A stretch of DNA of 64,000 bases, from IMG/VR virus record IMGVR_UViG_3300009151_000031. One strand, written 5' to 3'. A program made the translations under genes and the position numbers. This DNA is from a virus. This document shows positions 19,886 to 30,357 of this stretch, one piece after another. The number at the start of each line of letters is the position of its first letter. Position 1 is the first letter of the stretch. A model generated the notes under the pieces. That model had not been told where the DNA came from, searched no databases, and saw nothing but the letters and a program-made list of their open reading frames with translations.

Positions 19886-20319
19886 TGTCCAAATACGCAC
19901 AAGGCAAATTTCAACTACAAAATCCAGCAAAGTATGTAGGCAACAAAACTCCAACTTATCGTAGTAGTTGGGAATTTGTGTTTATGCAATTTTGTGACAA
20001 CAATCCCAACATTATAAATTGGGCAAGCGAAGCAGTTCGAATCAACTACAAAAATCCATTAACTGGTAAAAATACAATTTATGTCCCAGATTTTTTAATT
20101 ACCTACGGTGATGCTACTGGCAAGCAACACGCCGAAGTAATTGAAATTAAACCCAAAAAGGAAACCACTTTGGAGGGTGCCAAGAACATTCGTGACCAGG
20201 CAAGTGCTATACTTAATATGGCAAAATGGGAAGCCGCCCGTGCCTGGTGCCGAGCTCACGGAGTTACCTTCCGGGTAGTTACGGAAGATATGATTTTCGC
20301 CCAGGGCCGCGGCAAATAA
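19885..20319 (+). CDS. gp4: Head completion nuclease (T4 gp4, TnsA-N-like)
   Basis: YRSSWE..FM.FCD.NP.I..WASE..Y.PDF...EIKPK.ET...N.AKWEAA..W. Confidence 0.9.
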   Translation: MSKYAQGKFQLQNPAKYVGNKTPTYRSSWEFVFMQFCDNNPNIINWASEAVRINYKNPLTGKNTIYVPDFLITYGDATGKQHAEVIEIKPKKETTLEGAKNIRDQASAILNMAKWEAARAWCRAHGVTFRVVTEDMIFAQGRGK

Positions 20320-20327
20320 ATATTGGT

Positions 20328-20825
20328 ATGACTAAAAAATTAGAATCACTATTTAACTTACCCCCAGAAACCAACATAGATATTACAGTTGAAGAAAGCA
20401 CAAGTTTTGTTGAGCAAAATCGCGAGCTAATACTTGATGTTGATAATGCTATTGATCGAATAGATGCGGCCCTGCCCACAGTACACGATTTAGATACCGG
20501 CGATGCTGAATTAGATGTACTGGCTAAACTAGCACAAAGTAAAGCTGAAGATCTAATAGATTTGGGTATGAATGTAGAACCACGTTTTTCAGGTGTTATA
20601 CTACAAACAGCCGGTATTATGTTAGGGCATGCCATTACAGCTAAAACAGCTAAACTAGATAAGAAGCTTAAAATGGTACAGTTACAGTTAGCTAAGGCTA
20701 AACTAGATCACCAAATTAAAAAAGACGCTGGCACACCAGAAGAACAGGCAGTAGAAGGCCACGGTGTAGTACTAGATCGCAATGATTTACTAAAACAGAT
20801 ACTTGCAAACAAGCCCAGCAAATAA
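20328..20825 (+). CDS. Possible terminase small subunit (gp16-like)
   Basis: Start re-placed at MTKKLES after TAAATA 20317-20322. Helical protein with a NVEPR...V motif reminiscent of the gp16 PR motif. Not adjacent to gp17. Confidence 0.4.
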   Translation: MTKKLESLFNLPPETNIDITVEESTSFVEQNRELILDVDNAIDRIDAALPTVHDLDTGDAELDVLAKLAQSKAEDLIDLGMNVEPRFSGVILQTAGIMLGHAITAKTAKLDKKLKMVQLQLAKAKLDHQIKKDAGTPEEQAVEGHGVVLDRNDLLKQILANKPSK

Positions 20826-20864
20826 GCCATCAGAGCTAAATATACAATATACAGGATTAATACA

Positions 20865-21452
20865 ATGTTAAAGCCATTCCAAACTTACATTTTTGAACTA
20901 AGCAAGCCAAGCGAGTTCCGCATTAAATTAGCCGGCATCAACCCAACTGGTGAAGTAATGGACAAAATTAAAAATGCGCTTGAAGCATACCAACTTGAAA
21001 GCGTAAGTGCTGTTAAAAGTTTACCAATCCAAGAACACCGTGACTTCCCACAATGGGGCGGCCCATGCGAAGCATACCAATTTGATGTTACATTAACATA
21101 CCCAACTACAAACATTGTAGTACGTCAACTTATTAAAGAACGTGCTGGCATTAATGTTGATTGGATTAATGTACGTAATTTAAATGAAGCAAACTATACC
21201 GACGAAGCCGAAGCAAATGGTAAAGACCATGAAGGCGCCTTACTAGACGAAACTGAATTAAAAGATGCGCCAGACGCACAAGCACTAGCTGGCCAAAGTC
21301 GTATTGGTAGTTTATTAAAAGAATTAGAATCTCGCAAGTTTGAGTTTGCCCAGGAAAGTAAAGAAGCTGGTAAGACAACAAACAATGCTCCAATGGGTGA
21401 CAAAAGTCCAGTTGGAACAACGCAAAATAAAGTTTATAAAGTAAAAGGTTAA
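20865..21452 (+). CDS. Hypothetical late protein
   Basis: 195-aa ORF with AGGA RBS and TAAATA at 20837-20842. Confidence 0.6.
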   Translation: MLKPFQTYIFELSKPSEFRIKLAGINPTGEVMDKIKNALEAYQLESVSAVKSLPIQEHRDFPQWGGPCEAYQFDVTLTYPTTNIVVRQLIKERAGINVDWINVRNLNEANYTDEAEANGKDHEGALLDETELKDAPDAQALAGQSRIGSLLKELESRKFEFAQESKEAGKTTNNAPMGDKSPVGTTQNKVYKVKG

Positions 21453-21456
21453 GACA

Positions 21457-23454
21457 ATGAGCAAGAACCACCCAAACGATAATATGTATTCCATTCTTGG
21501 AAAACTAGAGGCACTAAAGCCAACACCTGAAGAGAAGCGTTTTGCTCTTGTAAAAGAAATTCGCGAAAGTGTTGAAGCTAAGGGCTCTGTACTACAGGGT
21601 GTTGATGCTGTTCAAGCTCGTCTAGCGAAACAATTTTCTGAAACAACTACTAACGAAGCTATTCGTGTTGCTGGCAATACAAAAGGTCCAGTTGGTCATT
21701 ACTCGCAAATGAAACATGTTGGTAAAGATGGTAGTCCCGAAGCACAATCACATCGTGATGCTACTGCTGGCATGGCCCGGTCGGCACGTGCCGCTGGTAG
21801 CAAATTACCTTTTAACAAAACAACAGAGCCAACGGGTAAACTTGCCCCGGGTGGTTACAATGCAATGACCAAAGGTGTTACACCTATTAGAACTAGCACA
21901 GAAGAATGTGCTATGTGCGAATCTGGTAACTGCGAAGAACACGGAATGGTTGAGGGCGAAACAACATACAAAAACGGTGTAACTACACATCGTAAAACAG
22001 ATTTCCCAGGATATCCAGTTGATGACAATGATGATATCGAAGATACAAACAAAGGCAAGCGCGGCCGCCCACGCAAGCATGCCGTTAAAGTAGCTAAGAC
22101 TGATGCCGAAGGCAATAAACTAGGACGCGGTCGTCCAGCTAAAGTTAAAGCACCAACATACACTAAGATGTCCGATCCATTTGGACGTACAACAGGTGCT
22201 GTTCCTAAACCTAAAGTTAAAGGTCGTGTACATACATTAGACGAAGCAATGTCTATGGTAGAAACAAATTTAACTGAAGGCCGCCATATGGTCGACGAGT
22301 CAGGCGAAACACTAAAACATATTTTAAATCGTTTCAAACATGAAGTTAAATCATTCGAAGAGGGACACGATCTAGGCGATCTTTTGTTTGATGCATTGTT
22401 TGATTACTATTGTGACAATGGCGAAATGCCATACGGTACAGCTAAAGCACGTGATGGAGACCCATACGAATGGATCTCAGACCGTTTACATCAAGAATTG
22501 GGTACAGACGAAGCAATTGATCCCGCTAACCCACGTGACTATGACATTCCGGCATATATGCGTAAGGCATCTGGACAAGCACCGTTAACACAACGTGATG
22601 TTATGCAAAAAGATAAAAAGCCAGAACATGATTTTTATCAACGTCGTACAGGTGAAACACATCCAGACGCATTAAAAACTGAACTAGATGAACTAGCTCA
22701 ACTAGCTGGTTTAAAAACTGAAGGCAATGCGTTCAGCGGCAAATTAGCTAACACAGCCAAAGGCGATAGTTTTGAGCAAGATGGTGAAACATTTACCAAC
22801 AACAGCAGTATTGCTGATAAAGAATTAGACGAAGAAGAAACAGACGAAGGCAACGCATTTGGTCAAGCAGTACGTAATGCCAAATCTGATGGTGTACAAG
22901 CCGGCGAAAAAGTCAAAGTTGACGGAAAAGAAATTCCTGTAAAAGAAAGCATGGAACTGCCAGGCAGCGAAGAAAGCAACTTTAATATCAGCACAAGTTT
23001 AAGTAGCGATGGTAACAAAAACGTTACTGTTAGTGCTACAGGTGAACATGCCGCTAGTTTATTACAGATGTTACGTATAGCCGGTCTAGGCGATGGTGCT
23101 AAAGCACAAGAGCTACAAGCCGAACCAGAAATGGGCCAAGAAGAACCGGGCATTGAAGTTATTGGTATTGAGCCAGAACAAGAAGTCGACGAATCTGGAA
23201 TTGATGTTGACGATGCTGGCGCAAATCCTGTAAATGCACCCAATCCACAATATGCTAGCATGAAAGGTTCTACTATGGGACCAGGCGAGGGAGATGCCGG
23301 AGAGAAAGCAATGAATCCAGATCGCCCTACCAAGAACAACGGCGACAATGCATTAGCAACTCCTCCATCAAGAGCACAAAAAACTCTTATTGCAGTTTCT
23401 GCACTAGAATCAAAACTTGCCGCAGAATACGAAAGTATTAAGAAACTTAGCTAA
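21457..23454 (+). CDS. Large low-complexity protein with two AT-hook-like motifs (possible internal head/core protein)
   Basis: KRGRPRK and GRGRPAK motifs, acidic C-terminal half, repeated EGNAF. Confidence 0.55.
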   Translation: MSKNHPNDNMYSILGKLEALKPTPEEKRFALVKEIRESVEAKGSVLQGVDAVQARLAKQFSETTTNEAIRVAGNTKGPVGHYSQMKHVGKDGSPEAQSHRDATAGMARSARAAGSKLPFNKTTEPTGKLAPGGYNAMTKGVTPIRTSTEECAMCESGNCEEHGMVEGETTYKNGVTTHRKTDFPGYPVDDNDDIEDTNKGKRGRPRKHAVKVAKTDAEGNKLGRGRPAKVKAPTYTKMSDPFGRTTGAVPKPKVKGRVHTLDEAMSMVETNLTEGRHMVDESGETLKHILNRFKHEVKSFEEGHDLGDLLFDALFDYYCDNGEMPYGTAKARDGDPYEWISDRLHQELGTDEAIDPANPRDYDIPAYMRKASGQAPLTQRDVMQKDKKPEHDFYQRRTGETHPDALKTELDELAQLAGLKTEGNAFSGKLANTAKGDSFEQDGETFTNNSSIADKELDEEETDEGNAFGQAVRNAKSDGVQAGEKVKVDGKEIPVKESMELPGSEESNFNISTSLSSDGNKNVTVSATGEHAASLLQMLRIAGLGDGAKAQELQAEPEMGQEEPGIEVIGIEPEQEVDESGIDVDDAGANPVNAPNPQYASMKGSTMGPGEGDAGEKAMNPDRPTKNNGDNALATPPSRAQKTLIAVSALESKLAAEYESIKKLS

Positions 23455-23882
23455 TGAAACAATATAGAATCACCAGTGAACACTTTGTACCACAAGGCGA
23501 AACTGGTGATGCCGATGCTTTCATTGACCCCACAGAATTAAACGAACTCAAACGCCTAGCGGGCTTACCATTTAGTATTGGCGAGTCAACTGGTAATATG
23601 AGCCAACCTGGTCCTGTAGGTGGCATGTTGGATCAAGTTCCGCAAGCTGGAGAAAATGGTATTGTTAGTCCTGTGGGCACAACAGATCAGGCCAATGCTG
23701 GTAGCAATATCAGTTATACTGCACAAGAGCGCAATGCACTAGAAGCAGAATACTGTGCCAAACCCGGCGATGACCTATGGTTTATAATTAACTTTAGTCG
23801 ACCATTCTTAAATGGTAGCCTGCGTGACAAGTGTGAAGACTATCTTCAAGCCCACCCAGAATATCGGCCGCGCACTCGTTAA
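23454..23882 (+). CDS. Hypothetical protein
   Basis: 142-aa ORF coupled by TAATG overlap. Confidence 0.55.
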   Translation: MKQYRITSEHFVPQGETGDADAFIDPTELNELKRLAGLPFSIGESTGNMSQPGPVGGMLDQVPQAGENGIVSPVGTTDQANAGSNISYTAQERNALEAEYCAKPGDDLWFIINFSRPFLNGSLRDKCEDYLQAHPEYRPRTR

Positions 23883-24409
23883 GCCGCGTCTAACTCGGGT
23901 CTTCCAAGGTACTGATACCAACTATCTTGTTTGACACTAAACGGCATTTTCTTCCACTGGTTAACAAGACTATAATAATCAGGCTTGTATGGTTTAATCA
24001 ACGGTTTAATCAATTTACTACCCTTGGCATGATTACATGATTTACAACTGGTAACACAGTTTTCCCATTGGGTCTTGCCACCACCGCTACGTGGGATAAC
24101 GTGATCAATGGTTAAATCTTCATAATCAAACACATCGTCGCAATATTGACATTTGAATAAATCACGCATATATAAGTTATATCTGCTAAATTTAACAGAT
24201 TTTTTATAATGGAAATAATCTTTGGTCACGCAGATACTAGGAACATTTATAGCTAAACGTTCGCTGTGTAGTATCCAGTCTGGATAGGTTTCGATAACAT
24301 GAACCTTTCCCAAGTACATTAGCTTTATGGCATGCTGCCAGTTAATGACACTTAGGGGTAGTACGCTGATTGGTTCGTAGTTGCTGTTAAGTAGTAGTGT
24401 GTCTGACAT
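23879..24409 (-). CDS. HNH endonuclease (McrA/HNH_5 type)
   Basis: RD.FKCQYC....LTIDHVIPRS.GG...WENCVTSCKSCNH.KG. Confidence 0.9.
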   Translation of the reverse strand: MSDTLLLNSNYEPISVLPLSVINWQHAIKLMYLGKVHVIETYPDWILHSERLAINVPSICVTKDYFHYKKSVKFSRYNLYMRDLFKCQYCDDVFDYEDLTIDHVIPRSGGGKTQWENCVTSCKSCNHAKGSKLIKPLIKPYKPDYYSLVNQWKKMPFSVKQDSWYQYLGRPELDAA

Positions 24410-24475
24410 TTGATTACCCGTTGGTGTATTCGAAGTTAAATATACTTATATGACAAGTATAACACAAAACTGTTT

Positions 24476-26038
24476 ATGAGTAAAGAACTAGAAACGGCAA
24501 TTATTAAGGCACCGTATAAACGGATGTCTTATACTGAAGTACAAATCAGGGAATTAGCCCGATGTGCTGACCCAGAAACGGGCCCATCTTACTTTATGGA
24601 TAATTATTTCCATATACAACATCCGACTAAAGGTGCTATACAATATCATCCATTTGAGTACCAGGAACGTCTAGTTAGCACATATCACAATTATAGATTC
24701 TCTATATCACTAATGCCTAGACAAACGGGCAAATCGACCAGTGCCGCAGGCTATTTGCTTTGGTATGCTATGTTTGTTCCTGATTCAACTATTCTTGTTG
24801 CCGCACACAAGTATCTAGGCGCACAAGAAATTATGCAACGTGTACGCTATGCTTATGAGAATTGTCCAGACTTCATACGAGCCGGAGTTACTAGTTATAA
24901 CAAAGGTAGCTTGGATTTTGAAAACGGAAGCCGTATTGTAAGTCAAACAACAACAGAAAACACAGGACGCGGTATGAGTTTATCACTCTTGTACTGTGAC
25001 GAGTTTGCATTCGTTCGTCCGACCATTGCCAGCGAATTTTGGACTTCCATCACTCCTACACTAGCAACTGGTGGTAAGTGTATTATTACATCAACACCAA
25101 ACTCAGATGAAGATCAATTTGCACAAATTTGGCGTAGTGCTAATAAATGCTTTGATGAACAAGGTAACGAAACTGAATTAGGGCAAAACGGATTTAAAGC
25201 ATTCCGTAGCGCCTGGCAAGAACATCCGGATCGTGATGAGAAGTGGGCCGCACAAATGCGAGCACAGTTAGGCGAAGAACGTTTTAGACGTGAGATGGAA
25301 TGTGAATTCATTATCTTTGATGAAACATTAATTAATCCATTACACCTAGTTGAAATGGCCGGAATTGATCCTATAGAAAAACAAGGACAAATACGTTGGT
25401 ATAAAAAGCCTGCAAAAGATCATACTTACGTAGTTGCACTAGATCCCAGCCTAGGAACAGGTAGTGACCCAGCGGCTATACAAGTATTTGAAATGCCCGG
25501 GCTTAAACAAGTAGCAGAGTGGCGGGATAATAAAACTATTGTTCAACGACAGGTAGTTATTATGAAAGAGATTTGCCAGCATCTAGTAGATGTAACTGGA
25601 ACAAATAATGTGTACTATAGTGTTGAAAATAATACACTAGGTGAAGCCGCTCTGGTTGCTATAAATGAACTTGGGGAAGAAAATATCCCGGGTACATTCC
25701 TTAGTGAGCCACGTAAAGGTGGTGCCGGTGTGCGTTATCGCAAGGGGTTTACTACAACAAACAAAAGCAAACTAAGTGCCTGTGCCAAGTTTAAAAGTTT
25801 AGTTGAAACCAAAAGACTGCATATTGCCAGTAAAGCTCTAATTAGTGAATTAAAGACATTTGTAGCAAGTGGTAACAGTTTTTCGGCTAAAATAGGTGAA
25901 CACGATGACTTGGTTATGAGTGCATTGCTAGCAATACGCATGATTATGCTGTTACAGCAGTTTGATGCAGGATTAGATGGCGAACTTAAAGATAGTATAG
26001 ATAATTTTATTGAACCTATGCCGTTCATAATGATATAA
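24476..26038 (+). CDS. gp17: Terminase large subunit
   Basis: MPRQTGKST Walker A, LLYCDEFAF Walker B, ITSTPN, ALDPSLG and HDDLVM nuclease motifs. Confidence 0.97.
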   Translation: MSKELETAIIKAPYKRMSYTEVQIRELARCADPETGPSYFMDNYFHIQHPTKGAIQYHPFEYQERLVSTYHNYRFSISLMPRQTGKSTSAAGYLLWYAMFVPDSTILVAAHKYLGAQEIMQRVRYAYENCPDFIRAGVTSYNKGSLDFENGSRIVSQTTTENTGRGMSLSLLYCDEFAFVRPTIASEFWTSITPTLATGGKCIITSTPNSDEDQFAQIWRSANKCFDEQGNETELGQNGFKAFRSAWQEHPDRDEKWAAQMRAQLGEERFRREMECEFIIFDETLINPLHLVEMAGIDPIEKQGQIRWYKKPAKDHTYVVALDPSLGTGSDPAAIQVFEMPGLKQVAEWRDNKTIVQRQVVIMKEICQHLVDVTGTNNVYYSVENNTLGEAALVAINELGEENIPGTFLSEPRKGGAGVRYRKGFTTTNKSKLSACAKFKSLVETKRLHIASKALISELKTFVASGNSFSAKIGEHDDLVMSALLAIRMIMLLQQFDAGLDGELKDSIDNFIEPMPFIMI

Positions 26039-26051
26039 GATAAATAGTTTT

Positions 26052-27497
26052 ATGTCTAAAGAAATTGAATCCATTGCAACTGCATTATTTGAGAAAATAC
26101 GCTCAAGATTTACCAACGTAACCTTGGGCGATGAAAAAGCTCAGGCTGAACAAGATCCAGAAAAAGCCCGTTTCTTTAATTTTACATACACAGGACGTGA
26201 TGGTGCAAAATTTGGCACAGTGACTATTAGTTTAATTGATGAAACTAGTTTAAAAGTGTACTTTGGCCAAAACATTTCTGCAGACATGGACCGCGACCAA
26301 CGCAAAGAATGGTACGAATTTTTACGCAATTTAAGAATGTTTGCAAAACGCAATTTATTAACATTTGACACCCGCGACATTAACAAATCCAATTTAAAAC
26401 TACAAGACGTTAAACAGCAAGCTCGAGTTGACGACGTATCTACTACAGATGATATGCCTGTAACAGAAAGTAAGTTATACGGTACTCCGGGACGTCCATA
26501 CAATAGCTTTGCTGATAAAGGCAATACTAAAATTTTAATCCGTCACGCAGACAAAGTAAACGATGAAATTCGCGGAAGCCGCGCAAGACGCATCCAAGAA
26601 ATTTTCTTAGAAACCGAACGCGGCGAACGCTTCCTATTAGGACACAAAAACTTACACGGTGCTTATGCAATGGCCGAGCATTTAAATGCTGGCGGTACAA
26701 TGTATGATGAACGTGCAAAACATATTGATAATTTAATTGCTGAAATGTCAGCAATGCGACACTTTGTTCGTAGCACTAAACATCGTCAATTTGAAGATGA
26801 AGAAACAGCAGATATGACTCGTTGTGCTGTACACCATTACGATCAAATTAAACGCAAGTTGCGTGTAATGCGTGGTGCTCGCGGATACAAAAGTTATTTT
26901 GAAACTTTAGAACCGGAATCTCAACAAGACAATCAAATTGATGTAGATGCACTACGTGAACGTTTTGTTAAAAAGACATACGATGATCGTTTTACAGAAG
27001 CACTACCTATTGTATATAAAGCATACAAAAAATATCAATCAGAATCAGCCGGGCAACTAGGCGATGAGTTGTCTGAGTGGGCAGATGAAGTAACTGAAGG
27101 TACTTGGATTAAACCAGATACATCAGATAAAGCAACAGCACTACAGCAACTATTAAAATCGCCAATTACATCTAGTACAGCAAAAGATCGTTTAGAACCG
27201 TTAATTGGTAGCGATGCATTAAATGATGCCTTGGCTAACTATCAAGATCAACCTGATTATGATGTACGTCCCGTAGTTAAAAAATGGTTACAAGACAATA
27301 TGCCAGAGTTAGCCGGCAAGTTAACATACGGCGAAAATAATGTTGATGATGCTGGCACAAATTGGGTAGCCGCAACAAGCCCGCAAATGGCGCATCCAAC
27401 TGATACATACGGTGCAAGTTCTTTAGAAGAACCAAATGTAAATGAATCCCAGGACAGTTTGGATTTTATTCGTAGCCTTGCTGGCATCCGTCGTTAA
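26052..27497 (+). CDS. Hypothetical late protein
   Basis: 481-aa ORF behind gaTAAATA at 26039-26046. Confidence 0.6.
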   Translation: MSKEIESIATALFEKIRSRFTNVTLGDEKAQAEQDPEKARFFNFTYTGRDGAKFGTVTISLIDETSLKVYFGQNISADMDRDQRKEWYEFLRNLRMFAKRNLLTFDTRDINKSNLKLQDVKQQARVDDVSTTDDMPVTESKLYGTPGRPYNSFADKGNTKILIRHADKVNDEIRGSRARRIQEIFLETERGERFLLGHKNLHGAYAMAEHLNAGGTMYDERAKHIDNLIAEMSAMRHFVRSTKHRQFEDEETADMTRCAVHHYDQIKRKLRVMRGARGYKSYFETLEPESQQDNQIDVDALRERFVKKTYDDRFTEALPIVYKAYKKYQSESAGQLGDELSEWADEVTEGTWIKPDTSDKATALQQLLKSPITSSTAKDRLEPLIGSDALNDALANYQDQPDYDVRPVVKKWLQDNMPELAGKLTYGENNVDDAGTNWVAATSPQMAHPTDTYGASSLEEPNVNESQDSLDFIRSLAGIRR

Positions 27498-27517
27498 ATA
27501 CAACTAAACAATCATTT

Positions 27518-28537
27518 ATGGAAATTATAAAGTCAACCAATGGCTTTCCTTACGCATGGAAAGCTGGCCGTGTCGAGCATCTAATTAGACAAATACTAGA
27601 ATCAAAAATCAAGCAACAGCTTACAGTAGAGCGAGCCATGATTATTAATCCTACATGGCTACACGAAAACGATTTATCAGTGCAAATTACTAGCGCAGAT
27701 CCCGGGTTTGTTATTTGTCACAACTTTGTAGACCCGGCAGTACCAAAAATATTTGAAGCAGTTGAACAATGCGGTCGCCCCAATCTTATTATAGGTAATG
27801 CTGATCAATACCGTTTAGATTTTTGGGCAATGGTATGCGACTTTTACTTCCGTGATTACCCCGACTACGAGCTAGCTCCACACACCAATGCACGTAAGTT
27901 TATTTGTTTAAATCGTAAACCGCATCAACATCGTGTGGCACTAGTAGAACGTTTGCTAGCAGTTAAAGATGAAGGATTCATTAGTTTAGGGTTACCCGGT
28001 GATCGTGCGCTAACAATAGACACAGACTTTGATCCAGACCAAGGTATTAACGATGAGTTTGGCAACATGGGCACAGACGAAGGTACAGTTAGCCGTAAGA
28101 TTAAAAATGATATCTTTAGCCTAGGCGACTTGGCCAATTGGAATCGTAGCTTATTATGCATAGTAACAGAAACAGAGTTTTCTAATACTAACCCTGAGAA
28201 CTTCTTTATGAGTGAAAAGACTTGGAAGCCAGTATTGGGTCTACGTCCTTTCTTTGTCTACGGACAACCTCGCCTGCGCGATTACTTAAAAGCACAAGGC
28301 TTTGATATATTCGAAGATATATTTGACTACAGTATTGTAAACGAACGTGCTGGCGATAGAGAACAGCAACAGCAATATGCCACAGTGGCACTCAATGGCA
28401 TTGCAAAGATAAACAATCCATACCAAGACTATCAAAAGTATTTTTATCGTTGTGTACTAAATCGTGTACGCTTCCATGCTTATGTATATGAGCAATGGGA
28501 TCGACTAAACACATTGGATCTAACTCAGTATGTTTGA
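27518..28537 (+). CDS. GT10/GT-B-like protein (SEKT family, copy 1)
   Basis: FICLNRKP..HR...IVTET...FMSEKTWKP...PFFVYG...GFDIF. Confidence 0.45.
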   Translation: MEIIKSTNGFPYAWKAGRVEHLIRQILESKIKQQLTVERAMIINPTWLHENDLSVQITSADPGFVICHNFVDPAVPKIFEAVEQCGRPNLIIGNADQYRLDFWAMVCDFYFRDYPDYELAPHTNARKFICLNRKPHQHRVALVERLLAVKDEGFISLGLPGDRALTIDTDFDPDQGINDEFGNMGTDEGTVSRKIKNDIFSLGDLANWNRSLLCIVTETEFSNTNPENFFMSEKTWKPVLGLRPFFVYGQPRLRDYLKAQGFDIFEDIFDYSIVNERAGDREQQQQYATVALNGIAKINNPYQDYQKYFYRCVLNRVRFHAYVYEQWDRLNTLDLTQYV

Positions 28538-29288
28538 AGTGCCAAGTTGGTCAATGATTGACAATCCGTATTCGTATGTACATAGACCCACAGATGTAGA
28601 ATTGACCAAGCTGTTAATTACAGTAGGTGATAGCTGGACTTACGGAGACAGCCTAGGCCGGACTAAAGTACGCAACGGCATCGACGATACTGACTATAGA
28701 CTAGCACACATATACGGTAACGTCATGGCTGAACACATGTGGGCAGACTGGATGAATTTAGCATTACCCGGCGGATCAAATACCCTAATGCTGACCTGGT
28801 TGGAAACGTTACTTGCAAAAAATCTCAAGTACAACGAGATAGTGTGTGTAATTACTCTAACAGAGTCTGGTAGACACGAAGACCTGCAACTAATTGATCG
28901 CGGGTTAATAACTCAACAGCGTGTATTAGAAAAAATAGTAACCACAGCATATGGACAGATTCAAACATTGGCACTGAGATACCCTAAAATTAAATTTGTT
29001 GTGGCACATAACTTTACAGACTCGTGTAGCAATATTCCTGTAAAAAAATCATGGCTAGAAGTAATGCTGGGTACAACCGTACAAGATGGTACACACATTG
29101 TTATTAGCGAACATATCGATCAAATGAACTATGAAACTAGATTCCCGGACGTACTTGACATAATGGATCGTGCTGGTAAAAGAATGGACCTGCTAGACTC
29201 CTGCAAATATTGTTTTAAAGAAGACAGTCGCCATCCCAACGAACAAGGTCATCGTATGTGGGCCGAGTACTTACTAACACAAATATGA
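28530..29288 (+). CDS. SGNH/GDSL hydrolase-fold protein
   Basis: GDSWTYG block I, NLALPGGSN block II, DSRHPNEQGH block V. Confidence 0.7.
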   Translation: MFEVPSWSMIDNPYSYVHRPTDVELTKLLITVGDSWTYGDSLGRTKVRNGIDDTDYRLAHIYGNVMAEHMWADWMNLALPGGSNTLMLTWLETLLAKNLKYNEIVCVITLTESGRHEDLQLIDRGLITQQRVLEKIVTTAYGQIQTLALRYPKIKFVVAHNFTDSCSNIPVKKSWLEVMLGTTVQDGTHIVISEHIDQMNYETRFPDVLDIMDRAGKRMDLLDSCKYCFKEDSRHPNEQGHRMWAEYLLTQI

Positions 29289-30247
29289 TAGAGCAAGCAG
29301 TTACCGTTACCCCAAACGAGATTGTCATCCTTGGACAGTTCTTTGTACACAAGGACTACAGTATCACACGTAAAGATTTGTTGCTAGACATTGTGGCCAA
29401 ACAATATAGTGGACAACAGATTGTGGTTCGACTGTTTGATGGCGAAAACACAGACTTTAGCGGATTTGAACAATTCATCAAGTACCTATGTGCTACTGTG
29501 GGTATTCCTTATAACACCGTAACATTCGAAACACACAGCCCCAACCTAGATCCAGACTTTAACTTAACACAATTAAAATTAGGTATCTTTATCAGCGTCA
29601 ATCAATACTTGCCTGCAGAGTTTGATCGTGACTTAACTGCGGCAAGGTTTGTTGGCACTACACTAGGGCGTTACAATCTAAATCGTTTACGCCTAGCATA
29701 TGAACTAGACACAGCCTTTCCCAACGATACATATATTACATTCCAACCAAACAAACCATTTATAAACGAAACCCTGAAGCACTTTAGTAATCACTACGAA
29801 AATGAGCTTGCATGGTTACAGACAAAAACATTTGATGTGGATCTAGTAAGTAAGCATCATATGGGCATGATCGATTGGTACGATGCTTGCCGTAGTTATG
29901 GCAATGTTTGGAATCGTTTTCAAATTGAAGTAGTAAGTGAAACTGACAGTATAGATAACTTTTGGTTTACTGAAAAAACTGCTAACTGTTTGGCAACAGG
30001 CAAACCATTTGTTCTAGTAAGTGGGCAGGGTAGCTTACAGCGGTTGCGTGATATGGGATTTGTTACATTTGATACTATTCTAGACGAAGCATATGATCTT
30101 GCCAAAACACCATATAGTCGTATAAAACAGTTGACATCTGCACTTGATGCGTTATATAATAGCACAAGTAAAGCAGAAAAGATGCAAGAGCTTTACCGTT
30201 TAGCTAGCCAAAATGTAAAGATTTACCAAAACTATTGCGTTCGGTAA
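29285..30247 (+). CDS. GT10/GT-B-like protein (TEKT family, copy 2)
   Basis: VVSET...FTEKT...GKPFVLVSG...LRDMGF.TF. Start placed at MIEQ (ATGA overlap). Confidence 0.45.
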   Translation: MIEQAVTVTPNEIVILGQFFVHKDYSITRKDLLLDIVAKQYSGQQIVVRLFDGENTDFSGFEQFIKYLCATVGIPYNTVTFETHSPNLDPDFNLTQLKLGIFISVNQYLPAEFDRDLTAARFVGTTLGRYNLNRLRLAYELDTAFPNDTYITFQPNKPFINETLKHFSNHYENELAWLQTKTFDVDLVSKHHMGMIDWYDACRSYGNVWNRFQIEVVSETDSIDNFWFTEKTANCLATGKPFVLVSGQGSLQRLRDMGFVTFDTILDEAYDLAKTPYSRIKQLTSALDALYNSTSKAEKMQELYRLASQNVKIYQNYCVR

Positions 30248-30265
30248 TAAAATCTAAAAAACAGT

Positions 30266-30295
30266 TTGACAAGCTAAATAATATTGTTATATACT
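30266..30295 (+). promoter_or_regulatory. Sigma70-type promoter with embedded late TAAATA
   Basis: TTGACA-18-TATACT, with TAAATA at 30275-30280. Confidence 0.55.
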
Positions 30296-30357
30296 AGCGG
30301 AGTGCTAGAATATATCTAGGCATATTTAAAGACCATCTTATATAAAGGAAAAACATC

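Noticed and set aside
23879-26038. Group I intron or intein associated with terminase and the HNH gene
   Set aside because: The terminase ORF is continuous, of normal size and without intein motifs. The HNH gene lies outside it.
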